A stretch of 64,000 bases of DNA from Camelus ferus (GCF_009834535.1 NC_045696.1:35342001-35406000); one strand, 5' to 3'. Counted from the stretch's first letter, positions 11,071 through 24,748 are shown. Notes: generated by a model from the letters alone, not told the origin. Made by a program: numbers and translations.

Positions 11071-14000
11071 CTGATATATTCAATACTTCCCCTGCAAGAT
11101 CATGAAGAGAAAGATGGATGCTCTCATCACTTTTTTTCAGCATTGTACTGAAAGTCTCAGTCATTGCAATAACATAAGAAAATCAAGAAAAGGCATGAAG
11201 ATTCAAAAGGAAGAAGTAAACTGTCTCTGTTCAGAGATTGCAAGATTGTTCTCATAGGAAATCCTAAGGAATATACAACACAACTAGAACCAATGGGTGA
11301 ATGTATCAAGGTTGCAAGATAAAGGTCAATACAATTGATCAAATATATATTTATATACTAGGAGCAAAAAATTGGAAACTAAATCTGCTCAGAACACATA
11401 AAACAAGGAATGAATTTAACAAAAGATGTGCAAGGCATTTACACAGAAAATCACAAAACGTTGCTGACAGAAATTATAGAAGATATCAATAAATGAAAAT
11501 ATACATGTCCGCATGTTGGAAGACTCAAAATTAGTAAAATAGTAATTCTTCTCTAATTGCAATCTCAACTATACTCTTAGAACATTTTCTTCACGGAAAA
11601 ATGTCAATCTGATCCAAAATTGTGTATGGAAATGCAAATGACCTAGAATAGCCAAAGCCAAAGGAGGAAGTAGTAGAACAAACTGATGTTAACACTTCTT
11701 CTATCCAAATACTTAGTATTCAAGACAGTGTGGTACTGATAAAGTGACAGACCTATAGATCAGTAAAACAGAATAAAGAATCCAGAAATATACCTACATG
11801 TATATGCTATATTGCTTTTGACAAAAATGTCCAAAGGATTTAACAAGTAGAGAAAGTCATTTGAATAAACAGTGCTAGAAAAAGTGAACATTCATATAGG
11901 AAAAAAGCAAATATTTAACCTTGTCAAAACCATACAAAATGTTAGCTCTAAGTCAATCAAATGCTTAAATAGAAAAGCTAGAATTACAAAGCACATAGGC
12001 AAAAACAGAAGTGAATTTTTGCCAGTTTGAAGTAGACAAAGAATTCTTAGGACATAAAAGCACAACATATAAAAGAAAAAATTATAAACTGGACGCTGAA
12101 AATTAGAAACTTGTGTATTTCAAAATAAAGTCTTAAGACAATAAAAAGGTAAGCCAACAGCTGAGAGAAAATATTCACAATATATCACAAAGGATTTCTA
12201 TTCAGAAAATATAATTTACTTTTAATATTTAACAATATACAGACAACTAGTCTTTTAAAAAGGTGAAATTTTGACTGGATATCACAAAAGAGGACATACA
12301 AATGGATAATAAGCACATAAAAAGATGCATTAATCATCAGGAAAAATGCAAATTAAAAACACAGTGAGAAACCACTACTCTAGATGAGAACGGTTAAATT
12401 TAAAATGTTATGGACAAGGGTTTAGAACTCCTGGATCTCATGTACAGTGTTTCTGAGAAAACGAAAGTTACTTTAAATATTTAAAATATCTGCCTTACGA
12501 TCTAGCCATTTCATTTCTAGGTATTTACCCACTAGAAATGAAAATAAATATTTAACAGAAATGCTTGAATATGAATTTCTATAGCTACTTTATTCACAAT
12601 AGCTAAAAGCTGGGAAAAGCCAAATATCTATCCAGAAGTGAAAAGGTTAAAAAAAAAAAAAGGCTACTTTCCTGTAATGGAATAAGTCTCAGCAATAAAA
12701 AGAAACAAACTACTGAGGCATACAACAACACGGATTATCTGAAACTCATTTCCCTGAGTGAAAAAAGTCACAGACGAAATAATGCATCCTGTAAGACTCC
12801 ATTCAATTAATATTCTAGAAAATGCAAACTAATGGATTGTTACTAAAAGTATATCAATGATTGCCTGGGGCTGAGCAACAAAGGAGAGATAGACTGCAGA
12901 TAGGCATGAAGACACTTCTGGGGGTGACGGAAATACTGTACATCTTGTTTTTGGGGTGGGTGGTCACAGATGTTTATATCAAGATTCAAATACATCTACA
13001 CTTTAAATAGATGCAGTTGTATGAAAATTATAAATAAATAAAGGCAATTTTAAATATGGAAACAAATACATCATCAAGTAGAGTATGGTACATCCACGGG
13101 ACTAAAGGTTGATGTTAACTTTGAAAATGATTGTTAACTGTTGGTAATAACATCTTGTAAAATGCTATAAAATAACTAGCCTAATAGATTGGTTTATTTA
13201 GAACGATTGGAGCTATGTAAATGAAAAAGGGAGGATATGTGTTAAGATATCCTTCAGGGGTTTTTCCCTACATTATGTAAGTGCCAAACGTTCTGTAAAT
13301 GAGAGAAATTCCTTTTGTTCTAAAACTACTTTTAAGTGATGCTGATATGATAGGGGTGGTAGGATGAGCGAAGAGCCCAAGAACTTCTGCGTCCCTTTGC
13401 AGCATTACTTAGCTTTGTCAGGTTTCTTCTAAAGAGATTTGTCTCGAGCTGCCTGCAATGCTTTTTGGAAACCAGACAGGTAGAAGACAACCAGTAAGTG
13501 AGGCATCACCTGCTAATCTGATAGTAATTGATGCTGTAGCTCTAAAGAAAAGAAAAACAAAAGGGAACATACACATTAATGGCAATATATATTGACAAGA
13601 CAGGCACACGTTACTATTGAGAGGACTGACTTCAGCATACCAGTTGGTATAACCAATAGTATAATGTCCAGTTAAAATAAATAAAAGAAACTGGTGTAGT
13701 ACATTCAAAGGTAATGGTAGTTCAATTTGCTTAATAAGTAAGAGTATTAGCACTATAGAAGACCTTATAAATCACAGGTCAAAACAACATGTTGCCAATT
13801 AATATAGTAAAACAGCAGAGACTTGTTTAGGATTACAGGCCAAGTTTGGGCAGAAATGAGACAACTGTCTTTCAGAATTAGGCTTTTTTTAATGAAAGCA
13901 TAGGTTTCATTCATCTCTGATACATTACTGTATTAATTTTAAGTAAACTTTTGTGGGGTTTTTTCCTACTCAAAAAGTCTGGGAGAGTGTACATTTTTTG

Positions 14001-14744
14001 ATCCATTACTTACATATCATTAATTCCTGGGTTACAAATGAATAAAATTACTATATTTTCATGTGATTTATATTTACATTAAATAAGAAATCCTCTTTTT
14101 CAAGTTCCCATTCAAATTACATAACTGTATCATTGTAAAATCATATCTAAAGTATATAACCTGACTCCCACAACCACAATAAAATACTCAAATAAATTGG
14201 GTCTATAAAATGTAATAGAGGGGGAAAAATCCTTTTTCATTTTAGCCTCTATTTTTCTCAGTCTTTTCTTTCTAGTGGCATAATGGTCATAATATGACAA
14301 AAATAATTTTTTCTCTTTGATATACAGGACTGAAAAAAGTCTTAGGAGCTTTTGTGTATGTTCACATGAACTTTAACTAAAACAGTCTTGGTGTCAACGT
14401 TCTAATCACTGCATTCAAGTGGTTGTCATCATTCCTTTAACCAAACATGTTGATCTTAAATCTCCCTGGAGTTCATGTCACCGTACAGAATTAACTGTTT
14501 ACCCTAGTTAGAGTGAACTTGTAGGTTCTAATCAATGACAGGAATTTTCTTTTTCACGTATTAAATAAAATGTCAACATTCACACAATATTTTAGATATA
14601 TTTCGTAAGTAGTGGGACTCTGCAGACAAGCTGTAGCCGAAGACTCTTCTCATAACATGACAGTTAATTTTTGATTGTGGCTGAGTCTGGCATTAAATGT
14701 TCCTGCTGTGAAGAGACGGATAATTTTAGTTAGAGGTTATACAG

Positions 14745-14800
14745 TATACCCTGTATAGTATATACCCATATAGTATACCCATATAGTATACCCATATAGT
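14745..14800. repeat. 13-bp tandem repeat (TATACCCATATAG)x3 plus a degenerate first unit
   Basis: Three perfect units at 14761-14799, preceded by TATACCCTGTATAG. Confidence 0.93.
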
Positions 14801-17675
14801 AGGTGGTCCTGGATATTTAATTCCATGGTACATATTTAACATTGTCTTGTTACTAACTTTATTTTCCCCCTCTGGTTGAAATAAAACTTCAGCTCAAATA
14901 TTGAAATCACCATTTGTAGGTCTTTCCAAAGAAACTGGTAAGTAGAATATTTAAATTACACAATTTTCCTGCAGATTTTTTTATTTAAGAAAATCCTGGC
15001 ACTCCATTTTCTGGTAGAAATATCTTTGGAGGAGTATATCTGACATGCTGGCTCTCTCCCCTAAACCATAGATACACCCTCTTTCAAATTTTCAAATTAA
15101 TATATTTCATATTACATTCTTTTCACCCAGTTTAGCTGTTTTAAAAAGCTCAATAAGAAATACAAACTAGTAATATAATTTCAAATTGCAAATAAATCTA
15201 TTTAATCAGCATATTCTCTTAATATCTACCTTCAGTTACTCCTTTTTAAATTTAAAAATACTGAATTTCTGGAATTTTAAAAACCATAAAGGAAAATCGA
15301 GTTCTGAAAAAAAATTGTAATTCTTCATAATCAAATCACTGTTTTTAGGAAAATAAATTAAAGCCACTAAGACAAGGAATAACTAACATTTTGGGGGGAA
15401 TGTTTGTATTTGTTAAACTTTATAATATGCCACTGCTTTTTATTTTCACTTTCATTTACCATCTTTGGAAGAAAAATAGAGAATCACTAGGCATTAGAAA
15501 AAATGACTCCATGTAAATCACAAATAAAATGTATCTATTGATCTCTAATCATGGCCTGTGACTGAATTTACTTTAAAGAGTTCATGCCTTCTGTATGTCT
15601 TGAGCTCATCCTCACTTTTGTTCTAGTTGCTGCCGATCATTGTTTCATTACCCAGCCCAGCCTTCCTCTGGAAGCCATTCATTAGGGAGCAGTAAGACAG
15701 ACTTATGCAACATCATCGGCCTTTCTTCCCAATACATTAGCTGACTTGCTAGCTAAGTCAGGAAGTACAGATGAAAAAAATTTGTTCTTAGGAAGACCTC
15801 TTGAGAAGGTACTAATGAGATCATTCAGGAATATCTAAATATTTATTAAATGCCCATATACAAAGTAAGATGATGGAAAGAAGTGTCTGGATCAGATAGA
15901 TTGAATCACTTTCTGTCACTCAGAATTCTGTTTACTGTTTCTGTAAGAATTCACTGCTTTCTAGAGAGTTTGTTATTGAGCAAAAATATTGGAACTTAGT
16001 TTGTATGTTAGGATGATTTGGGGGGTATTATACCTATACCTGTAATTTGTATCTGCCTTTTTCTTTTCCCTTTTTAACTTTTCTGTTTATTCTATTGTAG
16101 TATAACCTGGTAAAGTATATCGCAAGATTTCCATTGCCTAAGATTTCTTTGAAGAGTCCCTGAGTGTCGTAGGTCTTATGGAAACATCAGTCACTGTCCT
16201 AATTCTAGGACTGTGATGCTTCATAAAGCAAAGACGTATCCAAGGGAATAAAAACTCATTTTTCTGAATTGGAAAACCTCTCTGTAATATTCAGAAACTG
16301 TGTTAAACAGGCTGACTTCTGTTTTCAGTCCTACGTGGAAGCTTTTCTTCACCCAAAGCTAACCTCGTATATTGTTAAATTCTTGGATAGATAAATATAT
16401 AAAGATGAAGGAGCTAGGTGTTTCTATTAACCTCACAAATAATGCATTAAAATTTTTCTCTAGTTCTTTTCTTATAGCCTTAAGATTAATTTTAAAAAAT
16501 GCAAGTGTCTACAAAACGAAACTCAGGTAATTGTACATTGATTAGGAAAATAAATGAAAGACTGTCTACTAGACCTGAGCCAACACGAGGTATAGAGCAA
16601 CTACAGGACTTGAGTGTCACTAGCTCTTCCTGTAATATGCTGGTCCTGAGAACAAATAAGGACTTTAAATCTCACAGCCGCCAACCAGGCTTTCTCTTTA
16701 AATCAGATGCTACAGTCATTCTATTCCACAATGAGTTATTTTGCAAATAAAAAAAAGATCGCTAGTTTGCTAAATGTTGATGCCTCTAAAATGACGGTCA
16801 CTTACATGTGGTGCAATTAATTAAAAATACAAATTAAACTTTGTGGATATTAAATAGCTTTTTACAGGAAGTCTAAAAATTGAAATCTTGCTGGATATAA
16901 TGTTTAATTTCTTTGGCAGTCATTTAAAATATTCATACATAATAGTTGTATTCTTATTCTTTATTCAAGCATGAGACCCTTCTGACTGTGTGGTTTGGTT
17001 TGTTGGAAGTTTAAAGGTATAAGAGTGCCCTTCTTCCTATTTGGGGGAAAAAACCCACAAAATAAAATACTGCATTTTGAGGATTTTAAATTTTAAAAAC
17101 TAAAAGTAAAGAGAACAATTTTACATATTGAATATATTTGCATGGTCTTGTTAAACTGTAATTTTGTTTTGCTCATATCACTCTTTAAATTTCTCTGTAT
17201 AAAATCAGTTTATTATGAATGGTAATAAGTTAGCATAAAGATTGCTAAATAAATTCAATCGGTATACAGAAAGTATTTTTCTGCTATTTGTTTGTTGCTT
17301 GCCTTAAGAATAATTTCTGGCTCTCTCTAGGGGTCATAGTTCATTTAACCAGCCCTTAATATTGTCTAGGCAACCCAGTTGTCTATGTTTTTAAAGGAGT
17401 GGGCATATATGATTACTAATTTAATTTTTTATCAAAAATTTAGTATCCGTATCAATCTATTCAAAAACAATGAAACAAGTCTTACCAAGTCACTCATGTT
17501 ATGTGAGTAACTCTGCCTACGTTTCTGGGTTTTGTAAAACTGAAAAGGAAAATAAAAGAAGCAAGCTAGTAGATAGAGTGTTGAAGTCTGACATAAAATG
17601 AATCTCAAAAAGGGAAAAACAGAACAATAAAAAACCCTAAACTTTAGGTATATTATCATGAATGTGAATTCCACT

Positions 17676-17795
17676 TTCATTTATTCAACAAATATTGATG
17701 GTGGACCTGCTATGTGCTGGGTCCTGTTGTAGATGCTGGCAACACGGCTATGAACAAAACCGACCAAAATCTCTGCTCTCCTCGCATTTACACTG
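17676..17795 (-). mobile_element. L2 3' end fragment
   Basis: ttcatttattcaacaaatattgatggtggacctgctatgtgctggg...atgaacaaaac...aaaatctctgctctc matches the reverse L2 terminus. Confidence 0.8.
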
Positions 17796-18537
17796 TTTGC
17801 TTAGTTACATAGTGTTTTGGATGAAGCCATCTTTTGAGGGCCTCGAACACTGGTCACAGGTGGTCAGTAGGCTCCTTGGCATCCGCAGGCCTCGTTACAT
17901 TGCTAGCACAGTCAAGTTCTGGACAGCATCAGGCTCATCACAACATAGTGCATATTTCTCAGTTTTGGCATATTCCTCCATCAGTGAAGGGCCCCTTGTA
18001 ACCCACCAAACATAGTTCAGAGTTAGAAAACTGTTAAGGACAGTTTAATCACATTTCCTTAACTTTTCCAGTAAATTTGACTAAACCATACACTTTGCAG
18101 AAAATATCTATAATACACTGAAAATCTTACATTCATGTTATTCACATTATTCATTTTAATGGGGAAAATCAATGAGGAAGCACAGCATAAAGAGGAGAAG
18201 GATAAAGAAACTGGGTCATTCATCCCAATACTTGTTAGTGTGGAAACGGACAGATTTCTCTGAACCAGGAGTCTAACGTCACACTTCCTTATCTTGATTC
18301 CTCAGGGCTATGACGAACTCATCACAGGGTCCAGATAAAGTAAGTAAAAGAATGTTATGTGATTGGATGAAACTCACACACAGACATTCATAACCCATCT
18401 TAATTAGTACCAATCAGGAAACTAATTAAACTCGACCTAAAAATAAAGTAGTGCTGCTTCCTGTGAAGACCTCTGGGCTTTGTGTCAGCGAGTTGATCTG
18501 ACACCTGAATCTCCAGCTGCGGGAGCTGCGGTTTCTG

Positions 18538-18556
18538 CAGAGCCCTCTAGTGGAGA
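18538..18556 (-). promoter_or_regulatory. Candidate CTCF binding site
   Basis: Minus strand reads CTCTCCACTAGAGGGCTCTG; the core CCACTAGAGGGC fits the CTCF consensus CCASYAGRKGGC exactly. Confidence 0.7.
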
Positions 18557-20489
18557 GCATGGCCTACAGCAGTTTCCCAAACCAGGAGCCTGACAATAAA
18601 AAAATCCTTCATGAAATCGAATGACGTGAGTACCGGCACCTGCCATCACTCCTTCACGTGTTTAGAAGCGATGGCACCTCCAACGTATAGGCACGTATAG
18701 GCCGATTTCCTGTATGTGAACTTGATTTGTAAATTTATTCCAGCTTTTGTACTCCAAGGTGAATTGATAAAATGTCTAAGTTTTCACTTGAGCCTTGACC
18801 TGTGCAAGTGTTCCAAAAAATAAGTATTAAATATTTGAGCCTAAACTGAGTTAGAAAAACTGAAAAGTAACACATGTGAAGGAGTAAGAAGATAACATGC
18901 ACATTTTGAATCCTTCCATTGCCATAATTAAGAACTAGAGGAGGGTTTCATTTTTTTCTAGAAAAAAAAATTGTATCAATATATTTGTAATTATTTTTAA
19001 ATGCTTTAGGTGCAATCCCCTTTACCTTGATTTATTTTTTAATTTAGTTACCTTTGGAGCCTTAATTACCTCTGTAAAATGTATATTTTTTTATTTAAGG
19101 AAATATACTTGGATATGTAAAAACCTAGAGTTTGAAACAGAAGTAACTTCCATTTTAACTTGGGAAATACTGCACAGGTAAAGATGATTGACATTAAAAT
19201 GTGGATTACCTGCCACATTTTAAATTATTTATCATTATTTAACCACTGTATTGACATGACAGAATAGGGATCACTGACCCAGAGCACAGTCTAGGAGACA
19301 AATTAGAAAAGCAGGTGAGGTTATTTGGGCTCTTGTGGAAACCAGAGTATCCGTGAAAAATCACAAATGTTTGACACTGTTGAATATAAGATCCCTATGA
19401 CTTAATTTGGATTATTTTTCCTGATCCCAGCTGAATTGACAACTATGGTTAGACAAGCACATAGTCAGTTAATTTTTCTGTATTGAGTAATGCTATTTTA
19501 TGTTCAGGGTTACAAGATACTTGAGAAACAAAATTGAAGCCATGTGTTCTCAAAATATATTTCTATAGAGCATTTAATAATCCTTTACTACCTTTTGTTT
19601 TTTGTTAAAAACTACTCTGGATGCACCTACATTTTTACCTCATCCATAAATGTATTTTCAATTATGACATCATTAAAACAATTTTCCTTCAACCAGTTAG
19701 TCATATTGCTGTTATTTGTTTTACAGAACCATATTCTCAATACACCAAAAAAAAAAAAAACCATAAAACAATGCTATTCTGTATTTAAAATGAATTCATT
19801 AGAAATGAGGAAAATGACTTTTTCATCTTCAGATAAACCTCCTCATACTTGTGAACACAAATTCATTTTGTATTAAGTCATAGTTTGCTTTTACAATGGT
19901 TTTCTTATGCTTGTTTAAGCTTTGCAAATCTCCTTGGATAGATAAAATTTGGCCTCAATAACATTCTTGGGAAATAATCATCAAACTGTAATTATCACAT
20001 ATTCAACATACCCGAAATAAAATGAAAAATTATTACACATGCTTATGTTGAATAGTGTCTTCTCTCTTCTAGATAATGTTTGGTATTTACTTTGTCAGGA
20101 AAGAACTTAAAATACTGGGCAGACAATCCATACCCTTGAAATAGTTCATTAACAATGCAGATGAGTGAATTATAAAATGCTTACAAGAGTAATATAGCTA
20201 GAAGTGAAGTAATACTTGACAGCAAAGATGAATCTATCTTGGCTCTATACATTCAAGAAGAGAGGGATTTGGGGTAATAAAGTATTATCTAACTAGTTTG
20301 TGGGAGCATTAGGTCTATCTTGAATTTTACTGGGAGATGAGGTTGAATTGATTAAGCTATGACTCCCAAATTTTTACCATCTGACTTTTTAAAATATTAA
20401 TGCTTGGATTTAAATGTATACCTACATATTTATATTAATTTTCCAAACAAAATCTTTGTATTCTGGAACTTTGCCATACAAAATATTGT

Positions 20490-20625
20490 CAGATCTGCAG
20501 AGACATTGCCTGGGGACTTGTCCGAACTGCAGAATCTCAGGCCTTGTCCTAGATTTACTAAATCAGAGTCTGCATTTGAACAAGCTCCCCAGTCTCCTAT
20601 GTATTAAAGATTGAGGCCTCCAGCT
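20490..20625. mobile_element. MER5A-like hAT-Charlie MITE
   Basis: tgcagaatctcaggccttgtcctagatttactaaatcagagtctgcatttgaacaagctccccag. Confidence 0.75.
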
Positions 20626-22478
20626 CTAGAAAACACTATTGGCTGGTGTATTAACACAGTATTTCACGAGCGCGCGGGCGCGTTTGTGTGTGTGAATGTG
20701 AGTGTACTTAAGTATATGGATGTGTATGTGTGTAAATATGTATCATCATTTCTCAAAAACTGACTTAAAAGGACTATGATACTGGTTCTGTCTCAGCCAA
20801 AACACTCCTCTCACTCCCCCACCACCTCCAGCCCCATATGCTCTTGCTCAGAGTTTGCTCAGAGCTTCGGGATGTTTTCCTTAGATTTTAAGATGAACTC
20901 TTGGCTTGTTTTGACTGTCTTCTGGCAAGAGAAATGGAAGACTAGGAAGTAATGGTACTAGTAAAGTTTGTTTTTAAAAATGGAGAAATGTTCCAGAGGT
21001 AATAATGAAAGTGAGCGTAAGAGTGAGTTTTAAACAGCGCTGGTGAATCCTAACAAGCAAATCACATTTATGATCTATTTTTTTGCTTTACTTTTAATGA
21101 CTTCTTAACAATTGGATGAAATCTTTCTAATTTACAATTAGCATTTTTCAATTAAAGCAGGAATGCTAATTTTTATATTGACTGCATAAACTTGCATGTT
21201 CAAACTCAAGATATATTCATTCTTGGTGGATATCAGTTAAAATATAGCAAATTAATTTGTGCAACCTACTGTGACTATTTTCAAATCCAAAATTCGGTAA
21301 CTGTCTTGAAAAATCACAGCCCTTCAAAATATTTTCTTGGGTCGTGGTTTTCTTCTAATCACCCTCAAACACTTCGGTAACAGATGATTTCTTACTAAGT
21401 TTCTCCTAAGCATTGTTTCTAATACTTTCTTTGTATAATGGCAAGATCTTTCAGATCCCTTTCCTGTGGTTGCCTTTGACTGTGTGAACAGAAGGAAGTC
21501 ACTAATGTTTTAGACTTTCTCTAATTGTAAAATGACAGGCTCCAGAGAATTTTGCAGCTCTACATATGATTTTCTGAGGGGGCATTCCCAGCCCTGTGGT
21601 CTTTCCATTAACTGGAAAAACCATTTTGTTTTCTATTTTCACTAAACTCTACCTCTTTGTTGTTGTTGTTGTTCATTATTTACTTCCTAAAATTTTCATC
21701 TCTTGTCATCTCCAACTCACTCTCTTTGCCTTTCTTTTATAATATGCACTCCTACTCAATACATTCTGATAATTATATATCCTCCATCTGCCTTTTCAAC
21801 ATTTTATTTAACAGAATTAATTTCCCCTCACTGTTTATGATCTGTCTGGACAATTTCATCTACTGCAGTGGACTAAGCCACTGCCAATTTACTAATGATT
21901 GTTCAGCTTGCAGTCTCTAACCTGCCTTCCCTTCTGAGCTTTTGCATCTAACTTCTGGCTTGAGAATATTTACACTTGCGTCTCTCCATGTCCTAAATAG
22001 AAGTCGTCATTTTCCCACCTTTTCTTTATATCCCAAATTTGATCCCCTAAATTCCTTATAAAAGAATTGTATCACTAGTCAGCTAAACACAGGAGAGAGA
22101 AATCTTATAAGCCTCTTCCATTTTGTAAAACTCTCATTACACCTAGTTTTCCCCTTTTCTAGGTCTGCCTTCTCCTCTAAGCTTAGCTTCTTGCAAGAGT
22201 AGCACATTTACTGCCTCTACTTCCTCACTTTCCATTTACTCCTTTATCTTAATCCTACATGCAGGCCAATGACTCCACCAAAACTGCTGCCACCAAAGTC
22301 ATGAAAACCTTCAGCTGTCAAACCCAATTGTGATTTTCCGTCAATATCTTACTGGACATTTTTGTTGGAAGCATTGTTGACCATGAACTGTTTATGAAAT
22401 CCTTTAAAAGTTTGGCTTCCAAAAAGCTAATCATTTCTAGTTCTTTGCTCTTCTCTGTTTCTGCCTGTCTTTTAAGTA

Positions 22479-22944
22479 CAGACTTACCTCATTTTATTGA
22501 GCTTTGCTTTATTGTGCTTTGCAGATACTGCGTTTTTTACAATTGAAGTTTTATGGCAACCCTGTGTCAAACAAGTCTATCGATGCCATTTTTTCCAATA
22601 GAATTTTTTCACTTGTCACTGTGTCACATTTTGGTAATTCTCATAATATTTCAAACTTTTTCATTATTATTATATTTATTATGGTGATCTGTGATCAGTG
22701 ATCTTTGATGTTACTATTGTAATTGTTTCAGCATTTTTAGTCAACAAAGTATTTTTTAATTAAGGAATGTATATTGATTTTTCTTAAGACAATGTTATCA
22801 CATACTTAATAGACTACAGTATAGTGTAAATACAACTTTTACATGCACTGGGAAACCAAAAAACTTGCATGACTCTCTTTATTGCCATGGTTACTCTACT
22901 GTCGTGGTCTGGAACCAACCTGCAGTATTTCTGGGGTACGCCTG
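22479..22944 (+). mobile_element. Internally deleted Tigger1 DNA transposon (non-autonomous)
   Basis: TA target duplication (22477-78, 22945-46) and TIRs CAGACTTACCTC / GGGGTACGCCTG. Both Tigger1 ends are present and joined at ~22730 with no transposase ORF. Confidence 0.92.
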
Positions 22945-23024
22945 TATTGGTAAATGTTAGGGTTTCATCTTTTGGCCAGCACTTTGTTTACATGAATGAA
23001 ACTCATTATCTTTTATGCTAATTA

Positions 23025-23186
23025 CAGTCGTCCCTCCCTTGGTATCCTCCAGGGATTGTTTCCAGGACCCCCTTGAACACCAACATCTGTGGATGCTCAA
23101 GTCCCTTACATAAAATAGAAGCCCCGTGAGTACAGTCAGCCCTCCGTGTCCCCATGTTCAGCATTGGCACATACAGAGGGCAGCCG
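23025..23186 (+). mobile_element. MER2/MER8-like TcMar-Tigger MITE
   Basis: TA|CAGTCGTCCCTC...GGTATCC...TTCCAGGACCCC...GGATGCTCAAGTCCCTTACATAAAAT...GAGGGCAGCCG|TA. Confidence 0.85.
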
Positions 23187-23539
23187 TATTTTCAAAGGGA
23201 ATTATTTCCAGAGGAACAACTCCAGTCAAAATCTCTGTCTCCTATTAGTTCTTCAGCCCTTGGTTTTCCCTCAGGTCACTTCATCTGCATAAACCTATAA
23301 TAAAAATTGTGCATCTCATGTTCATTCTCTCGTCTCAAATCTCTCTCGCGTTGCTGACTACCTCCTCACTGAAGCCACAGCATGAAAGGCCTCTTGGACA
23401 TTTCCGTCTACCTCATTTTTCATAATCAGTCTAGTAAGTCCTTTACCAATTACATCCACTTAGGTCTGTGTGATTTGTAGTTCTGCCGTCACTGCTCAGT
23501 ATAATGCCCTCTAGATCTCTCTTCTGAACCAAGATAAAA

Positions 23540-23735
23540 AATGTATTGAATGCTTTTAATGTGTCAAGCACAAGGCTTACACTTTATCTGTACCACCCCA
23601 AATCTCATATAATCCTTACAACATCCCTATGAGATAGGATCTGTTATTATTAGAATTTCTAAGAGTAACAGAGCCAGGGCCGTCACCTAGATTAGTCTGA
23701 TTCAAGAACCCTACTCTTACCTCTACGTGATATTG
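23540..23735 (-). mobile_element. MIR SINE
   Basis: gtattgaatgcttttaatgtgtcaagcac...aatccttacaacatccctatgagatagg...tagtctgattcaaga. Confidence 0.7.
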
Positions 23736-24558
23736 GCTATCTGCTTGCAAAGGAATCCTAACTGATCTCTTAGCTCCTAATTGGTGATTTTGATTCTGTT
23801 TTACCCACCCCACTTAACTATGTCAAAATGACCTTTTAAAAATGCTAGTTGAATATGTTTCTCTTCTGCCCCACGTTACCCTCGAGAGCAAGCTCCTGAG
23901 AACAGCTGAGTTCATCACCACCTGGCTCCTTCCTAACCCTCCTGAGTCCTCCTTCCTATACCCTTTGCACTGCCTCAAACTCCACGCTCTAGTAATAGAG
24001 ATATATGTTTTCCTCCAGGAAGCATGCTTTTCACGTTTAATCTCTCTTCTCAGAACTCTTTTCTTTAAAACACAACTTTCCAGCTGCCATTCAATTGCCA
24101 TCTATGCTAGGGAAGTGTCCCTTAATCTCTAACGAAGTTCCCCCCACCCCTCCACCTTCTACTATGAAAATATTCTGCATGTACTGCTACCTAACACTTG
24201 CATCATTTCTTGATCGGATTCTAAATTATTTAAGCGTACAGTTATTCATGCTTTTGCCCTCAGTGTTTAGCACATGATCAGGCACGTGTTAGCCACTCAC
24301 CTTGCATTGAACTGAACTATTAGGGGAATTAAATATTGCAAATGTATTCATCATCTCCCTCTTCCTTAGCCCCCAAATACAATTTTTTTGGGGGGGGGGA
24401 AAGAATGTTGTTTCACCTCAAGTGTGTATTTTAATTTCATCTTGTATTTTCTTTCTGTCTGTGAGATGATTCTAGTTCAGTTCCTTATTACTTTAGTTAT
24501 TTTAAAATGGTTTCGAATCTCACCTTTCTGCCTCTGATTTTCCCTCCTTCACACTCAG

Positions 24559-24748
24559 CAGTGGTTCTCAAATGTCAGGGATCAAAAGGATTACCTGCGA
24601 AGCTTGTCATGTTGCAAGTTCATGGGTCCCAACCTCAGAGATTCAAATTCCATGAGTCTGTGGTAGGCAGAAGGGATCTGCACTTTCAATAAGTATTCCA
24701 GGTACTTCAGTAGCAGGTGGTCCATATACCACAGGTGGAGACGCTCTG
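24559..24748. mobile_element. MER5-family hAT MITE (MER5B-like)
   Basis: CAGTGGTTCTCAAA...gggtcccaacctcagagattc...atctgcactttcaataag...gcaggtggtccat...gagacgctctg. Confidence 0.75.

Larger units (their letters stand above)
9890..13050 (+). mobile_element. Old L1 (L1ME/L1MD-like) ORF2 remnant plus 3' UTR
   Basis: Colinear ORF2 landmarks (actcattttaccaggccagcat; ctctcatcactt...cagcattgtactg; gacctagaatagccaaa; caagacagtgtggtact; tttctaggtatttaccc) and an L1ME-type 3' UTR (tctagaaaatgcaaactaat...tgattgcctgggg). Confidence 0.85.
21830..24320 (+). mobile_element. Long degenerate L2, fragmented by two Tigger elements and a MIR
   Basis: Pyrimidine-rich L2 ORF phrases (actccaccaaaactgctgccaccaaagtca; gcattgttgaccat) and a 3' end (cagtgtttagcacatgatcaggcacgtg...ttgaactgaact). 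Confidence 0.65.

Noticed and set aside
13418..13753. 111-aa hydrophobic minus-strand ORF
   Set aside because: Non-ATG start, no recognisable homology; hydrophobicity reflects T-rich composition.
14745..14800. CRISPR-like array
   Set aside because: Units are head-to-tail with no spacers; mammalian context; no cas genes.
22504..22701. 65-aa ORF as a transposase or domesticated Tigger gene
   Set aside because: Lies in the non-coding left end of an internally deleted Tigger1; no transposase sequence is present.
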